This document shows positions 1 to 9,739 of a DNA stretch of 64,000 nt, piece after piece. The position numbers and the translations under genes are program-made. This DNA is from a virus. The notes under the pieces are model-generated. The model was not told the DNA's origin, searched no databases, and saw only the letters and a list, made by a program, of their open reading frames with translations. The stretch covers positions 115,554-179,553 of IMG/VR virus record IMGVR_UViG_3300005663_000028; one strand, written 5' to 3'. Each line of letters starts with the position of its first letter. Position 1 is the first letter of the stretch.

Positions 1-341
1 AAGGCTGCCATCTCACATTTTGGTGGACGATCGTCATTTAATTTCTTACATTCTATCGCATCAATAAGTACTCCGATACATGCTAAAGCACTTGCCAGAT
101 GAGGAACTTCGGTTTTTTGATCAGCCCATTCCCCATTAAACCACTTATCTAGATGACGATTTACTGCTGCAAAATAAACAGAAGCCTTAACACCAGAGAC
201 TCTGTAGTTATAGCCCCCATACTTCAGATCACCTTCAGTCATAGCTAGAGCACCATACGCCCTTGCTGTAGTAGGAAATAGGCTCAAATCTAGTCTAGCT
301 GTTGCCATTCTATCTTTAGGATTTGTATCTTTTTTCTTCAT
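1..341 (-). CDS. dATP/dGTP diphosphohydrolase-domain protein (DUF5664), runs off window edge
   Basis: Hand translation from ATG at 341 (TAATG overlap with primase stop): MKKKDTNPKDRMATARLDLSLFP...EGDLKYGGYNYR...RHLDKWFNGEWAD...PHLASA, matching the DUF5664 pattern (KYG.NWR, RHL..W..GE..D, PHLAHA). Not in ORF track because truncated. Confidence 0.75.
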   Translation of the reverse strand, partial: MKKKDTNPKDRMATARLDLSLFPTTARAYGALAMTEGDLKYGGYNYRVSGVKASVYFAAVNRHLDKWFNGEWADQKTEVPHLASALACIGVLIDAIECKKLNDDRPPKCEMAA

Positions 342-1531
342 TAAACCTTTTCCTCCACCAAATAACCATCAGAAAACAACTCTGCCCGAGAAGCCTTCTG
401 TATGATAGGATTAATTTTCTTTACAATATCATCTGCAAACATCTCGCCAATATCTTTTCCAGTCTCAGGTGTTACGCAAAATACTCGAAAGTAATGAATC
501 AAATCTTGTTCTAACTTCTTCATAGCTTTGAGACCGGCTTCGTCATTATCAAGCATACACACAATGGTTAACGCCCCTGCGTTCTGTAGCATCAACCGCT
601 GCTGACGAGACATGCTAACCCCTAGTAGTGCTACGCTATTTCTAATCCCTGCCGCCTCACATGCCCAAACATCTCCAGGGCCTTCAACCAAAACAGCATA
701 GCCCGTTTTGTTAATAAATGGTTTCGCATACCAAATATTGTAAAGACTCAATTCCCCACGGAAGTCTTTGGAATGCTTCCATTTCGTGTACACTCCACCG
801 TACTGCTTATCTGGACACGATTGTCGTTCAGGATGGTGATGCATTCCACACTTAGAGCATTTGTCATAAATACTACGACCGGACCATCCAATCACATTTC
901 TCCCTGTCACATCCAGAATAGGGAAAAACGCTCTTTTGTACATAGGTTTACCCTTAACGTTGCAGAATGAAATATAGTATCTAGCAATAATCTCCGGAGA
1001 AACACCTCGGTTAGGATAATAAACCTGATCTGATTGTAGCTGAGAAACTATATCTCTCAGTGGTGTCCCCTTCCTATTGATAGTCGCTTGTTTTTTCTTA
1101 TGCTGCTTGACAAATTTAGCTATCTCAATATCCTGAGCCGTACTTGCATCAACACTACACTTATCCAACCCCAATGCCTGAGACACGAATCTGACCGCTT
1201 GCTGAAACCCCCATACTTTTTCTGTCTTGCTGCTCATCGCCCCACGGACCAACCCAAACACGCTTGTCGATGGACCAGTTATCGGTTCAAGATGACAACC
1301 CCTGGTTTTACACTGCCAATGATTAGATCGAATAGCCCAAAACATACCTCTTTGATTATCTCCCTCATGAACAGGACAGGCACATTGAAGATAATCGTGA
1401 CGTTCAACAAATTCTAATCCTAGCGCATCGAACACCTCTGCTATGCGGTCATTAGCTCGATCTTGGATAAATGCCACTTTGTCACTGCTAATGTGTTTCA
1501 TGAGCCTCGTTATCCGGCACAGATTGCGCAA
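341..1531 (-). CDS. dnaG: DNA primase (DnaG-like)
   Basis: N-terminal CPVH..DN...C Zn finger, Toprim VEGPGD and DNDEAG motifs; adjacent to helicase. Confidence 0.88.
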   Translation of the reverse strand: MRNLCRITRLMKHISSDKVAFIQDRANDRIAEVFDALGLEFVERHDYLQCACPVHEGDNQRGMFWAIRSNHWQCKTRGCHLEPITGPSTSVFGLVRGAMSSKTEKVWGFQQAVRFVSQALGLDKCSVDASTAQDIEIAKFVKQHKKKQATINRKGTPLRDIVSQLQSDQVYYPNRGVSPEIIARYYISFCNVKGKPMYKRAFFPILDVTGRNVIGWSGRSIYDKCSKCGMHHHPERQSCPDKQYGGVYTKWKHSKDFRGELSLYNIWYAKPFINKTGYAVLVEGPGDVWACEAAGIRNSVALLGVSMSRQQRLMLQNAGALTIVCMLDNDEAGLKAMKKLEQDLIHYFRVFCVTPETGKDIGEMFADDIVKKINPIIQKASRAELFSDGYLVEEKV

Positions 1532-2930
1532 CTTGTGAAAACTGCTTACCTTCTATAAACGCCCCTACTGATAACCTGCTTAAGATATTGATATAATTAC
1601 CGCTTTCCATTCCCGGTCCGTTTCTAGTGTCTGTTACTACCAATTTTTTAGTTCCATTTACTGGGGGGTCTTCGTTCAATTCTGTTGGTGTTTTATCTTT
1701 TAGGATGGTAAAGTTAGAGCATAGCCATCCAATTCTATCTGACCCAGAAATTACATGAGCACCTTCTTTTTCAACACCATCTCGGTTTAATTGAACAGTA
1801 GCAAGAATGGGTAATCCAAATTTAACGGCAAAGTTATGCAACGCAGTAATGAGAAACCCGAGTAATTGATGTTCTTGTAGATTATTTTTAAACCCACCAT
1901 CATCCATCAGTTTCAAATAGTCGTAAATAATTAAACATGGCTTAGTTGCCCCACTATCAGTAAATCCAACAGTTTTAGATAACCATCGTCTTGCAATCGA
2001 CATAATTGCTTGCGGAGATAAGCCTGCTACGGAAAAATGATCAATGGGAAGTTGTTCAATCTTTTTCTGACAACCCCAGAGAGCTTCTGACTCATGTTCA
2101 TTACTTTCGAATTGACCAGTTTCAACATGATTCAATTCCACGCCAGATACCAAAGAAGTTAACCTATACAATTGCATATCACTGGTAAGTTCTGTATCTA
2201 AATACAGTACCGGTATTCCGTTCCCTGCTACGTTACGAGCTATATTTATACAGAGAAAACTTTTTCCTTGCTTCTGACGAGCCCCAATAACATTAACCGT
2301 AGCGGGACGAAAACCTCCTCCAATCATAGCATCCCATATAGGAAATCCCGTTGGTATACCTACAATGTCCTGTGGATTTTCTGATAAAGCATCCATGGTG
2401 CTCTTGAACTTATCTCCTAAAGTTACAACCCCAACACCCTGGCTCGTTATTTGACCAGTAAACTCAAACACCGGCTCTTCAATTAAGCTGATGATTTCAT
2501 CAACACCTTCTACTCCAGTAACCTTTTTAAGACTGGATTGTATCGTTGCTGCTATCATATACGCACGACGAGCTAAGGATAGTTTATATACCGCAGCTAC
2601 TAATGACCGAACATTATCTTGAGACGACCCTGTTTCACCAATAATATCCTCAAGATATTCTGAGTATTTTCCTCCCGTAATGAAATTGCTGTACCCAAGA
2701 ATTTTTGCCACTGCCTGTATACTCGGAATATCGAATGTTTTAGTATCTTCGTTATGAACCAGATGGGAGATGATTTTGAAAAGTTTTTGGTTGTGGGTCC
2801 AATAGAAGTCTCTTACACTAATAATCTCTTCAACTTCAAAGAAACAATCTGCTCCGTACGTAGTTATTCCGGCAAGGATAGCTCGTTCCATACCAGAGTC
2901 TTGAAGAATAGCGTTGGTCTTGTTACCCAT
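1488..2930 (-). CDS. dnaB: Replicative DNA helicase (DnaB-like)
   Basis: Walker A GARQKQGKS, IIYDYLKLM, VQLNR, SGSDRI; N-terminal DnaB helical domain. Confidence 0.92.
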   Translation of the reverse strand: MGNKTNAILQDSGMERAILAGITTYGADCFFEVEEIISVRDFYWTHNQKLFKIISHLVHNEDTKTFDIPSIQAVAKILGYSNFITGGKYSEYLEDIIGETGSSQDNVRSLVAAVYKLSLARRAYMIAATIQSSLKKVTGVEGVDEIISLIEEPVFEFTGQITSQGVGVVTLGDKFKSTMDALSENPQDIVGIPTGFPIWDAMIGGGFRPATVNVIGARQKQGKSFLCINIARNVAGNGIPVLYLDTELTSDMQLYRLTSLVSGVELNHVETGQFESNEHESEALWGCQKKIEQLPIDHFSVAGLSPQAIMSIARRWLSKTVGFTDSGATKPCLIIYDYLKLMDDGGFKNNLQEHQLLGFLITALHNFAVKFGLPILATVQLNRDGVEKEGAHVISGSDRIGWLCSNFTILKDKTPTELNEDPPVNGTKKLVVTDTRNGPGMESGNYINILSRLSVGAFIEGKQFSQVAQSVPDNEAHETH

Positions 2931-3444
2931 TAAGTCTACCCTTAGTTCCTTTGAGACATTTTGGACACTTTTGTCCTATCTCTCCGTTGGGCCTATCAGA
3001 ATTAAAAAATTCAGTACATTCGCTGCACGTTGCTTTGTAAATTGTCGCAGGTGGTCTTTTTACCCTTGTTTTGTTATTCCTTGTTTTCATCGCCTTTTGT
3101 TTATTTTTTTCTATTTCTTCAGGATCAGGGGAGTTGGTAATAAAGTGAGTATTATCATCTGTTAAGATAGAATCGTCTTCTACCTCCTTGGTTTTTTTCT
3201 TCTTTTTCCCACTTCCCTTTGGGCGTCCAGACTTTTTCTTTTCTGGATTTGTGGTTTTCCGTATTGAGGTATTGGATACTATAGCACCAATGTTAGCCAA
3301 TGCTTCTTCTGCCGAAAAAGTCCCAATAAATTCCTCTATTTGTGGTACCGGCAATGAAATCCCCGTTAACAATGAGTATCCCTGACAAACATCTTCCCAA
3401 CTACCTTTTGTAATACCTTGTTTTATATAATCTATTGGACTCAT
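2923..3444 (-). CDS. Hypothetical protein, Lys-rich with C-terminal Zn ribbon
   Basis: Coupled ORF; CSEC...CPKC. Confidence 0.6.
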   Translation of the reverse strand: MSPIDYIKQGITKGSWEDVCQGYSLLTGISLPVPQIEEFIGTFSAEEALANIGAIVSNTSIRKTTNPEKKKSGRPKGSGKKKKKTKEVEDDSILTDDNTHFITNSPDPEEIEKNKQKAMKTRNNKTRVKRPPATIYKATCSECTEFFNSDRPNGEIGQKCPKCLKGTKGRLNG

Positions 3445-3860
3445 CTATTCACCCCTTCGTTATACCTAGCTCTAACTAACCCACTAATACTTTGTCCAAT
3501 CATTTCAATTCTACGGGTAAGATATGCAATCCGTTCCACTCTTAACTCTGCCAACCTTACCCATTCGTTCAGTTTTGGTTTGTCGTCTCCGAATAAACGA
3601 TTGACTACTTGGCCAGACCATCTGAGAAAGGTCTTACATTCATTCGTCTTCTGTTGGAGGAATAGGGCGTATTGCGATAAAATGACTGCGTCTTCGGATA
3701 ATTCTGTTGACGACCTTTCTCTTAGAGACTCCCTTGTAAACCCAAGAATATCTTCTACCTCAGTGTTGGATGGTTGATAGTAAGGAAGCCCAAGAGATTC
3801 TATCCATCGATCAAGCTCGTTCCTATAAACAGTTTTTTCATCTTGCAAGCTACTCATCAT
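3441..3860 (-). CDS. Hypothetical helical protein (possible UvsY-like recombination mediator, unproven)
   Basis: Coupled ORF between recA cluster and helicase; function inferred from context only. Confidence 0.55.
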   Translation of the reverse strand: MMSSLQDEKTVYRNELDRWIESLGLPYYQPSNTEVEDILGFTRESLRERSSTELSEDAVILSQYALFLQQKTNECKTFLRWSGQVVNRLFGDDKPKLNEWVRLAELRVERIAYLTRRIEMIGQSISGLVRARYNEGVNR

Positions 3861-4209
3861 AAATCTCTAAAAGTCGAAATCCGTTCAGGTTACACCAATC
3901 TCTCTTATTCTGATCCGTAGTCTGCTGTTTGTGAAACGCTCTTTTCGTTTTATGAAAATGCTTTATGTGCTCTGTGTGTTGACGTCCATGCGCCTCTACC
4001 ACCAAGTCTAATGATGGTATGAAAAAATCTAAAATAAAACCTTCCCCTGGAACTATAACCTCCTCAAAAATAACATCATGAGGGTATTGTTGGACTAGTT
4101 GCTGTCCTATTTCGTACTGAAATTGTGACTTAGATTTACCTCTAGTTCGAAGTCTTTTATTACTCAAGCGAAGATTGGTAGTTCCACCACTAAGTAGTTT
4201 AACTTCCAT
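3850..4209 (-). CDS. PD-(D/E)XK / DUF559-like endonuclease
   Basis: LDFFIPSLDLVVEAHGRQH motif. Confidence 0.75.
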   Translation of the reverse strand: MEVKLLSGGTTNLRLSNKRLRTRGKSKSQFQYEIGQQLVQQYPHDVIFEEVIVPGEGFILDFFIPSLDLVVEAHGRQHTEHIKHFHKTKRAFHKQQTTDQNKRDWCNLNGFRLLEIYDE

Positions 4210-4210
4210 G

Positions 4211-4735
4211 TTAAACTACCGTCACCACTAATTTTCTAATTGTCTCAAGTTCTTTCGTTATCAACAGTCGATTGTTGGGCTCCCACCTAACAACTTCTAT
4301 ATCCTGATTTTCTAACATGTCTCTAACAACCGAATTAAGATTATCAACCCGAGCATTAGAATACGCTCCTTTTGATGATGTTGTAATCGGTCCATATACT
4401 ACTCGTTTAATTCCCTTTTGAATGATATGAGCCCAGCAGTGGGTACACGGCGGTCCTGTTACATACACAGTAGCCCCATCTAGGTCACCAATAGCATTTA
4501 GTATTGCATTTTCTTCTGAGTGTAAAATTGGTGGGTATTTTTCAGGTCTAGTTTGAGGCATTTTGTCATCATCAACACCCCTTGGGTATCCATTATAACC
4601 TTGACCAACAGGACGACCACGTTTATCAACTATTACACATCCACATTGCGTACTCTCATCTGGACTTCGAACCTTAGCCCAAAGAGCCTGAATCATGAAA
4701 TAGTCATCAAAACACAATCTACTTCTTAACATCAC
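4211..4735 (-). CDS. dCMP deaminase
   Basis: HSEENA and PCTHC Zn-binding deaminase motifs; GYNG. Confidence 0.9.
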   Translation of the reverse strand: MMLRSRLCFDDYFMIQALWAKVRSPDESTQCGCVIVDKRGRPVGQGYNGYPRGVDDDKMPQTRPEKYPPILHSEENAILNAIGDLDGATVYVTGPPCTHCWAHIIQKGIKRVVYGPITTSSKGAYSNARVDNLNSVVRDMLENQDIEVVRWEPNNRLLITKELETIRKLVVTVV

Positions 4736-5774
4736 CTGTCTCCTGTGGGAGAACTATATCTCTCACTTCGTCTTCTAATTTCTTCAGTTTATCTGGATTC
4801 TCAGTCAAAAAATTCGATAACCTAGCAAGCCCCTGAAATTTCGGTGGATCGCCGCCATCTGCAAACATCGGAATTGCATACCATGATCCGGCCTTCTCGA
4901 TTAGTCCAAGGTTCTCTGCTGTCGTAACTATATCCCTGGTAGTGTCTATGCCAATTCCATACCTAAGAGGTAATACGCAAGGCAACAGTGGCCTTCCCAT
5001 CGCAGATGATTGTATTGTTATGTGCATGTCGTGGCCGTCTGGGGCATTAGTCTCTGGGTTTTTCTCCCATTGCTTGGTCCAAGTGACCTTTAGCCAAACA
5101 GAACAGGCATATTGTATCGCCAACCCACCTTTCTCCATCCACTTTGGACCCATGGGTTCCCTGTTGGTCATCATCTGAGATATGAAAATTAAAATTACAT
5201 CATTAGTATCAACAACTTGCTGAGCCCTTCTGAAAAACGCCGACAACAACTTTGCTGGTCCTGCCATATCCTTATTAGAACCAATATCTTCTTCATGTTC
5301 TGTCATTGTCGAGAGTGCTGCAATGCTGTCTATTACAACCACGGCCTTTTTTTGTGTTTTAGCGATGCGTTCTATGATGTTCAAATAGTCTTCTGCCATG
5401 AGCGGTTTATCTAGTTGGCTTGGAATTACCTTAAGTTTGGTCGGGTCAAGTTCCCTAATTGTAGCCAATAGAGATGGGGTACATCGTTTTTCTATATTGA
5501 TGTAAAATGTGGGACGATTAACCAATTGTGCATTTTTAAGCAATTCAAGACATAGGGATGTTTTTCCGGACTTTGGCTTGCCTGTTATTAGACAAATTGT
5601 TCCATCAGGAATCCCCCCGCTTAATGCCATGTCAAGAGACAATGGGGTGTGAAGAACATCTCTAGATCGTGGAGCCAGAGCGTCACTCGCTGGAGCAATT
5701 ATTCCTTCACCATGTATTCTAATAAGAAAAGCATCTAGCGATTCATTTTCGATCTTCGACTTCTTTTTAGCCAC
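4719..5774 (-). CDS. recA: RecA/UvsX-like recombinase
   Basis: LDMALSGGIP, Walker A GKPKSGKTS, VVIDSIAAL, GG.A..Y, GSWY. Confidence 0.9.
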   Translation of the reverse strand: MAKKKSKIENESLDAFLIRIHGEGIIAPASDALAPRSRDVLHTPLSLDMALSGGIPDGTICLITGKPKSGKTSLCLELLKNAQLVNRPTFYINIEKRCTPSLLATIRELDPTKLKVIPSQLDKPLMAEDYLNIIERIAKTQKKAVVVIDSIAALSTMTEHEEDIGSNKDMAGPAKLLSAFFRRAQQVVDTNDVILIFISQMMTNREPMGPKWMEKGGLAIQYACSVWLKVTWTKQWEKNPETNAPDGHDMHITIQSSAMGRPLLPCVLPLRYGIGIDTTRDIVTTAENLGLIEKAGSWYAIPMFADGGDPPKFQGLARLSNFLTENPDKLKKLEDEVRDIVLPQETGDVKK

Positions 5775-6237
5775 CCTCTATTTCCCTTATCTTTGCCAGT
5801 ACACCCTTTTTACCCGTATCAACAAATGTTGAATTCCTTTTGGAATCAATTTCTTTTACGGAGGGTTTTGCACTAAGTTCAGTTCTTTTCTTTTGCAATT
5901 CAGCTTTTCTAGCAACAATACACCTAGTTACTTTTTGCACAGTAGTTTTGTATGATAGTGATTTTATGTTATGCTCTTTAATTATTTGAGTAAAAGCTGT
6001 TTGAGTAAGCGGGTCTTTATTTCCAACACTCTTAAGAACATTAGACACACCCTTAACTTCGCGTCCGAATTTTGGACCCCAGTATTTTTTGTCACTCCAG
6101 AATCTTGGACCTATCTTACTGTTTACATTTAGACAAATCAACTCTATAATATAAGCTTGAAAGGTGACATATAACCCAGGTGTTGTCGGTGACTTAAATG
6201 GAAACTTTTCACTCTGTGGTTGATGTCGTATTGCCAT
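5767..6237 (-). CDS. Hypothetical protein
   Basis: Coupled ORF in tiled operon. Confidence 0.6.
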   Translation of the reverse strand: MAIRHQPQSEKFPFKSPTTPGLYVTFQAYIIELICLNVNSKIGPRFWSDKKYWGPKFGREVKGVSNVLKSVGNKDPLTQTAFTQIIKEHNIKSLSYKTTVQKVTRCIVARKAELQKKRTELSAKPSVKEIDSKRNSTFVDTGKKGVLAKIREIEGG

Positions 6238-6674
6238 TATGTATTCTTTATTAAAAAGAAACCAGCTTCTATCACAGTCTTTTCTTCTGCAAACGCCTGA
6301 TCGAATTTTGGTTGTCTATACCACGATACATTAACCTTTTGTCCGTCATAATAGCCAATACCACAATCATTGTATTGAGGACCGTTCCAAACACCACGGT
6401 GCTTGTTTCCAAAGAAATACCCCTTTTGGTTCGGAGGCATTTTTATATCCACACCATTCGGTCCCTGAAGTCTCATTTCAGTTATCGAAATACCTGGATT
6501 AACCTTTAGCCAATCGGCAAGTCTTGCCCATGCATGTCGAATATTTTCCTTTCTATCATCCTGAATAACAGTTCTTCCATCAGACAGTGATGCCAAAAAT
6601 CTCACCACCGGTGTTTTTTTTGTTACTTCAAACGCTAATGTCTGGTCATTGACTGTTTCTGTTTTATTCTCCAT
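6237..6674 (-). CDS. Hypothetical protein
   Basis: Start moved to ATG 6674 (MENKTETV) to limit overlap. Confidence 0.6.
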   Translation of the reverse strand: MENKTETVNDQTLAFEVTKKTPVVRFLASLSDGRTVIQDDRKENIRHAWARLADWLKVNPGISITEMRLQGPNGVDIKMPPNQKGYFFGNKHRGVWNGPQYNDCGIGYYDGQKVNVSWYRQPKFDQAFAEEKTVIEAGFFLIKNT

Positions 6675-7026
6675 CTTGATCCTTTCCACTAAAAGGAGAG
6701 CGACCCAACTGCTCATCCGCCCTTTGAGATTCACTCGGAGTCATAGCATGAACACCTTTACCGGCATTCAGTGCAATTGCTTTGTTCTTAGGTTTAAGGC
6801 AAACGAGACGGTCATCCATATGATTAGGCTTTGATTTCTTTTTCTTATCCTTTTTGGGTTTTTCTGTTTGTTCGGACATATCTTCTTGGCTAGATAAAAA
6901 ACTATCAAGAATAGCAGATATATCGCTCAGAAAAACCTGTCGTGTTTTCGTCGTTTTCCGACCTAGATTCACCGTCGAATCTTCTAGAAACCTTAAAAGC
7001 TTTGCCTTAAATTTACTTGCTGTCAT
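6664..7026 (-). CDS. Hypothetical protein
   Basis: SD-preceded ORF in tiled operon. Confidence 0.55.
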   Translation of the reverse strand: MTASKFKAKLLRFLEDSTVNLGRKTTKTRQVFLSDISAILDSFLSSQEDMSEQTEKPKKDKKKKSKPNHMDDRLVCLKPKNKAIALNAGKGVHAMTPSESQRADEQLGRSPFSGKDQDGE

Positions 7027-7321
7027 TACGAAACCTCCTTTGTGCTACAATATACGATGTTCTATTTTTACTTCGCAAAAATGTCGTATACTGCTGATAA
7101 CACTCCTGACTACACGCTATTAATTTCCAAAACATACCACCACGTTCTTTGTCTTTCTTGTGTACATTGTTGCTAGAGTTCAGTGGGTCAAACAAGTCCC
7201 CCTCACCAGACGCTAACACAAAAAATCTATTATCCAACCACTTAGCAAAAACCTTAAAATCCACAACCACTCCATCGGTTTTGTGGGGTGTTCCATTTAT
7301 GTCAACAGTAATTAAATTCAT
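7013..7321 (-). CDS. Hypothetical protein
   Basis: Coupled ORF. Confidence 0.55.
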   Translation of the reverse strand: MNLITVDINGTPHKTDGVVVDFKVFAKWLDNRFFVLASGEGDLFDPLNSSNNVHKKDKERGGMFWKLIACSQECYQQYTTFLRSKNRTSYIVAQRRFRNDSK

Positions 7322-7656
7322 TTTTTAACCCACGTCTTAAAAAGAAAGTCTGCTTCTGGAGCCCCGGTGGTATCGTTCTCAATATCGAATCCAATCTGAT
7401 CGTTGGGAGCACCAGGATAAAACTGTCCAGCAACTTGTTCCACATAAGAATATCCAGAACAAAATCCACACTTAGCAACCACTCTTGTAAGCACTTGTGA
7501 TTGAGGTTGAGGTTCTTTACTAATACTGGTTAGCTGTAAACACAATAGTTTTTCCCCACAGTCTGCACAACAAAGAGTGACAATACCTCTGTCTACCAAA
7601 CCCTTGAGTTGGCGTTCTTGCTGTTTTCCAATTTCGAGTTTCTTTTTTTCCATCAA
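7318..7656 (-). CDS. Hypothetical Zn-finger protein
   Basis: CADC...CGFC. Confidence 0.55.
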   Translation of the reverse strand: MMEKKKLEIGKQQERQLKGLVDRGIVTLCCADCGEKLLCLQLTSISKEPQPQSQVLTRVVAKCGFCSGYSYVEQVAGQFYPGAPNDQIGFDIENDTTGAPEADFLFKTWVKK

Positions 7657-7964
7657 TCTATCGTTCCTTCCCTAATGTATTTTTCCGGATTCTTGAGTAT
7701 TCTTTTGTCTACTTTACCATCTCGCCACCACGGTTGCTCTGCCTTAAACTTACCCTCTCCAAGCTTATCCTTCTTAGGCAAAACTCGCCCCCCAGTACAC
7801 TTATTCTTTGTTCCTTCAATGATTGGCGACAAACCCATACCAATCAGTTTAATCAACTTTGGTCGACCACACCTAGGGCAATCAACAAGAGGCTCTGAAG
7901 ACATCGAATGAAACGCCTCAAATCCATGATCACACTCACCGCATTCATACTCATATGTCGGCAT
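7653..7964 (-). CDS. FmdB-family zinc-ribbon protein
   Basis: MPTYEYECGEC...CPRCG signature. Confidence 0.85.
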   Translation of the reverse strand: MPTYEYECGECDHGFEAFHSMSSEPLVDCPRCGRPKLIKLIGMGLSPIIEGTKNKCTGGRVLPKKDKLGEGKFKAEQPWWRDGKVDKRILKNPEKYIREGTID

Positions 7965-8266
7965 TAATCATTCCTAGTTGTTGATAATACTTTCACCGAA
8001 TCCGGAGGAATTTCTTTAATGTTCTCCATGGGATCAGGCTCTTGACTTAGGGTGTCAAAATGTGCAAGAACTTTTTCTCTATCACATTCATCAACACCAA
8101 ACAATAATTGTTCTTTTAATCTTTGCGCCTTTTGCTCTTCTGTCGGTTTCAAGTTTAGAAGATCACCCAGTCCTTGCGCATCTTCCTTCAAATCCCAAAC
8201 ACAGAAGTTCTGAAAAGTTCTACGAATCCACCTACAAAAACGTGCTACTAATCTTTTTAATACCAT
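7964..8266 (-). CDS. Hypothetical protein
   Basis: Coupled ORF. Confidence 0.5.
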   Translation of the reverse strand: MVLKRLVARFCRWIRRTFQNFCVWDLKEDAQGLGDLLNLKPTEEQKAQRLKEQLLFGVDECDREKVLAHFDTLSQEPDPMENIKEIPPDSVKVLSTTRND

Positions 8267-8272
8267 AATTTC

Positions 8273-8488
8273 TTATCCCATGTTGATATTAACCTGAATC
8301 ATATCTTTAACCTGTTCGGCATCACCGTTCATACTGAATTCTTTTAGAAAAAGAACTATATCCCCAAGAGTCGCTTTATCAAGATAAACATTGTGAAGAC
8401 GCTGCATATTGGTTGATCTTATTTTTTTCTCAACTTCCCGTTGAGTTTCTGATTGTTCACAAACAGACATTGTATTGGTTACTGTCAT
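8273..8488 (-). CDS. Hypothetical protein
   Basis: First gene downstream of promoter motif copy 1. Confidence 0.55.
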   Translation of the reverse strand: MTVTNTMSVCEQSETQREVEKKIRSTNMQRLHNVYLDKATLGDIVLFLKEFSMNGDAEQVKDMIQVNINMG

Positions 8489-8515
8489 TCTGTTCCCCTT
8501 TTTTGTTTTTCTTAC

Positions 8516-8577
8516 GATAACGGGTATACCCCGTTATCTTACTATACCTCTAACTCCTTTTTTTGCCCCACAAATGT
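8516..8577 (-). promoter_or_regulatory. Conserved phage promoter copy 1 with palindromic operator
   Basis: Minus strand GGGGCA-17nt-TATAGT-AAG followed by inverted repeat GATAACGGG-N5-CCCGTTATC (8516-8538); near-identical at 20149-20210. Confidence 0.65.
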
Positions 8578-9111
8578 CCCTCTTTTTCTTGCAAAATGTC
8601 CTAAATTTTTCCGATCCTTCTCACAATAATCACCCAGAGCAACACATTTTTTCAATTCCCCCTTGATTTTCGACACAGTGTCCGGAGAATCTTTTCCCAC
8701 ATCTTTAATCGCACCGGTCAGCATTGACAACATGTTACCCCGTTTCATAAACGCCCGGACCAACAAAAGACCCGCTCCAAGAAAAATTACAGCCATGATA
8801 GATGTTCCTATGACTACGGCTCCAGCACCACTATAATTGATAGTCTCCGCCTGTATGCTTTTCCTCCAGACGGATAATTCTTCGGCGATTTGAGTCGTTT
8901 GTTCTATTCGATTGTTGACCTCCCCTATCTGATCTGCAACGACGGTATTATCGGCCTTTTGGTCAACGATTTTTTCAAGGACACCCATATCATTACGAAT
9001 CCCCTGTATATCTGTCTTGACTGCCTCTGGAGAGACGCAGGATAGCAAGACACAAAATAGAATAGTAAAGACTACAGCACCGACGCTTACTTTTTTCGTT
9101 TCTTTGGACAT
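8542..9111 (-). CDS. Lipoprotein with coiled coil and internal TM helix
   Basis: ATG 9111 after GAGG; lipobox VLLSC, heptad-like segment, hydrophobic AGAVVIGTSIMAVIFLGAGLLLV. Confidence 0.6.
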   Translation of the reverse strand: MSKETKKVSVGAVVFTILFCVLLSCVSPEAVKTDIQGIRNDMGVLEKIVDQKADNTVVADQIGEVNNRIEQTTQIAEELSVWRKSIQAETINYSGAGAVVIGTSIMAVIFLGAGLLLVRAFMKRGNMLSMLTGAIKDVGKDSPDTVSKIKGELKKCVALGDYCEKDRKNLGHFARKRGTFVGQKKELEV

Positions 9112-9536
9112 TTTTGTTTCCTCTTTTCGAATACTGCATTGACTAGAGCATCCGCACGCTTGTTCTGGTTTCGTGGCACCCACTTAATTGTGTAATCTTC
9201 AAAGTGATCCAATAGTTTCAACACGTGATCTCTATGATCTATTAATTCTTGTTTCTTGGCCTTAAACGCTCCAGTAACTTGCTTAATGATTAACTGCGAG
9301 TCACCGATTATATAGATGATATCTACTCCAGCTTTGAGAGCACCTTGTAGGCCAGCAATCAAGGCTCTATACTCAGCCAAATTTGATGTACCTGTCCCAC
9401 AGGTTCTACTTCCAGATGCAAAAACTTCGGTTTCATCTTCTGGATTGCAGATATACCAACCATATGCCATCTGACCCTGTCGAATACCCCCATCGAAATA
9501 GAGTGTGGCACAGAATTCATTCATAAAGTTCCCCAT
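9087..9536 (-). CDS. rnhA: Ribonuclease HI
   Basis: YFDGG, SNLAEYRAL, GDSQLII, WVPR.QNKRAD: D-E-D-D catalytic set. Confidence 0.9.
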   Translation of the reverse strand: MGNFMNEFCATLYFDGGIRQGQMAYGWYICNPEDETEVFASGSRTCGTGTSNLAEYRALIAGLQGALKAGVDIIYIIGDSQLIIKQVTGAFKAKKQELIDHRDHVLKLLDHFEDYTIKWVPRNQNKRADALVNAVFEKRKQKCPKKRKK

Positions 9537-9739
9537 CTAATAACTTCCCCAGTAGAGTGATCAATAGGTTTTCCGAGAACGTGTGCTGCCCATTCCCGCT
9601 CCTCCCTGGTATATTGTTGACGTTCGCACTTTGTCCCTCTTCCCGCACAAATTTTTTCAGCCATATCCAAAATAAATGTTCGTCCAAAAACAGGACAGTT
9701 CATCAACCCAAGATTAAATGTGTCGTCAGTGACTTTCAA
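9521..9739 (-). CDS. Hypothetical protein
   Basis: Coupled ORF. Confidence 0.5.
   Translation of the reverse strand: MKVTDDTFNLGLMNCPVFGRTFILDMAEKICAGRGTKCERQQYTREEREWAAHVLGKPIDHSTGEVIRWGTL

Noticed and set aside
1-341. Z-base (2-aminoadenine) genome
   Set aside because: No purZ in the window; DUF5664 alone is not diagnostic.
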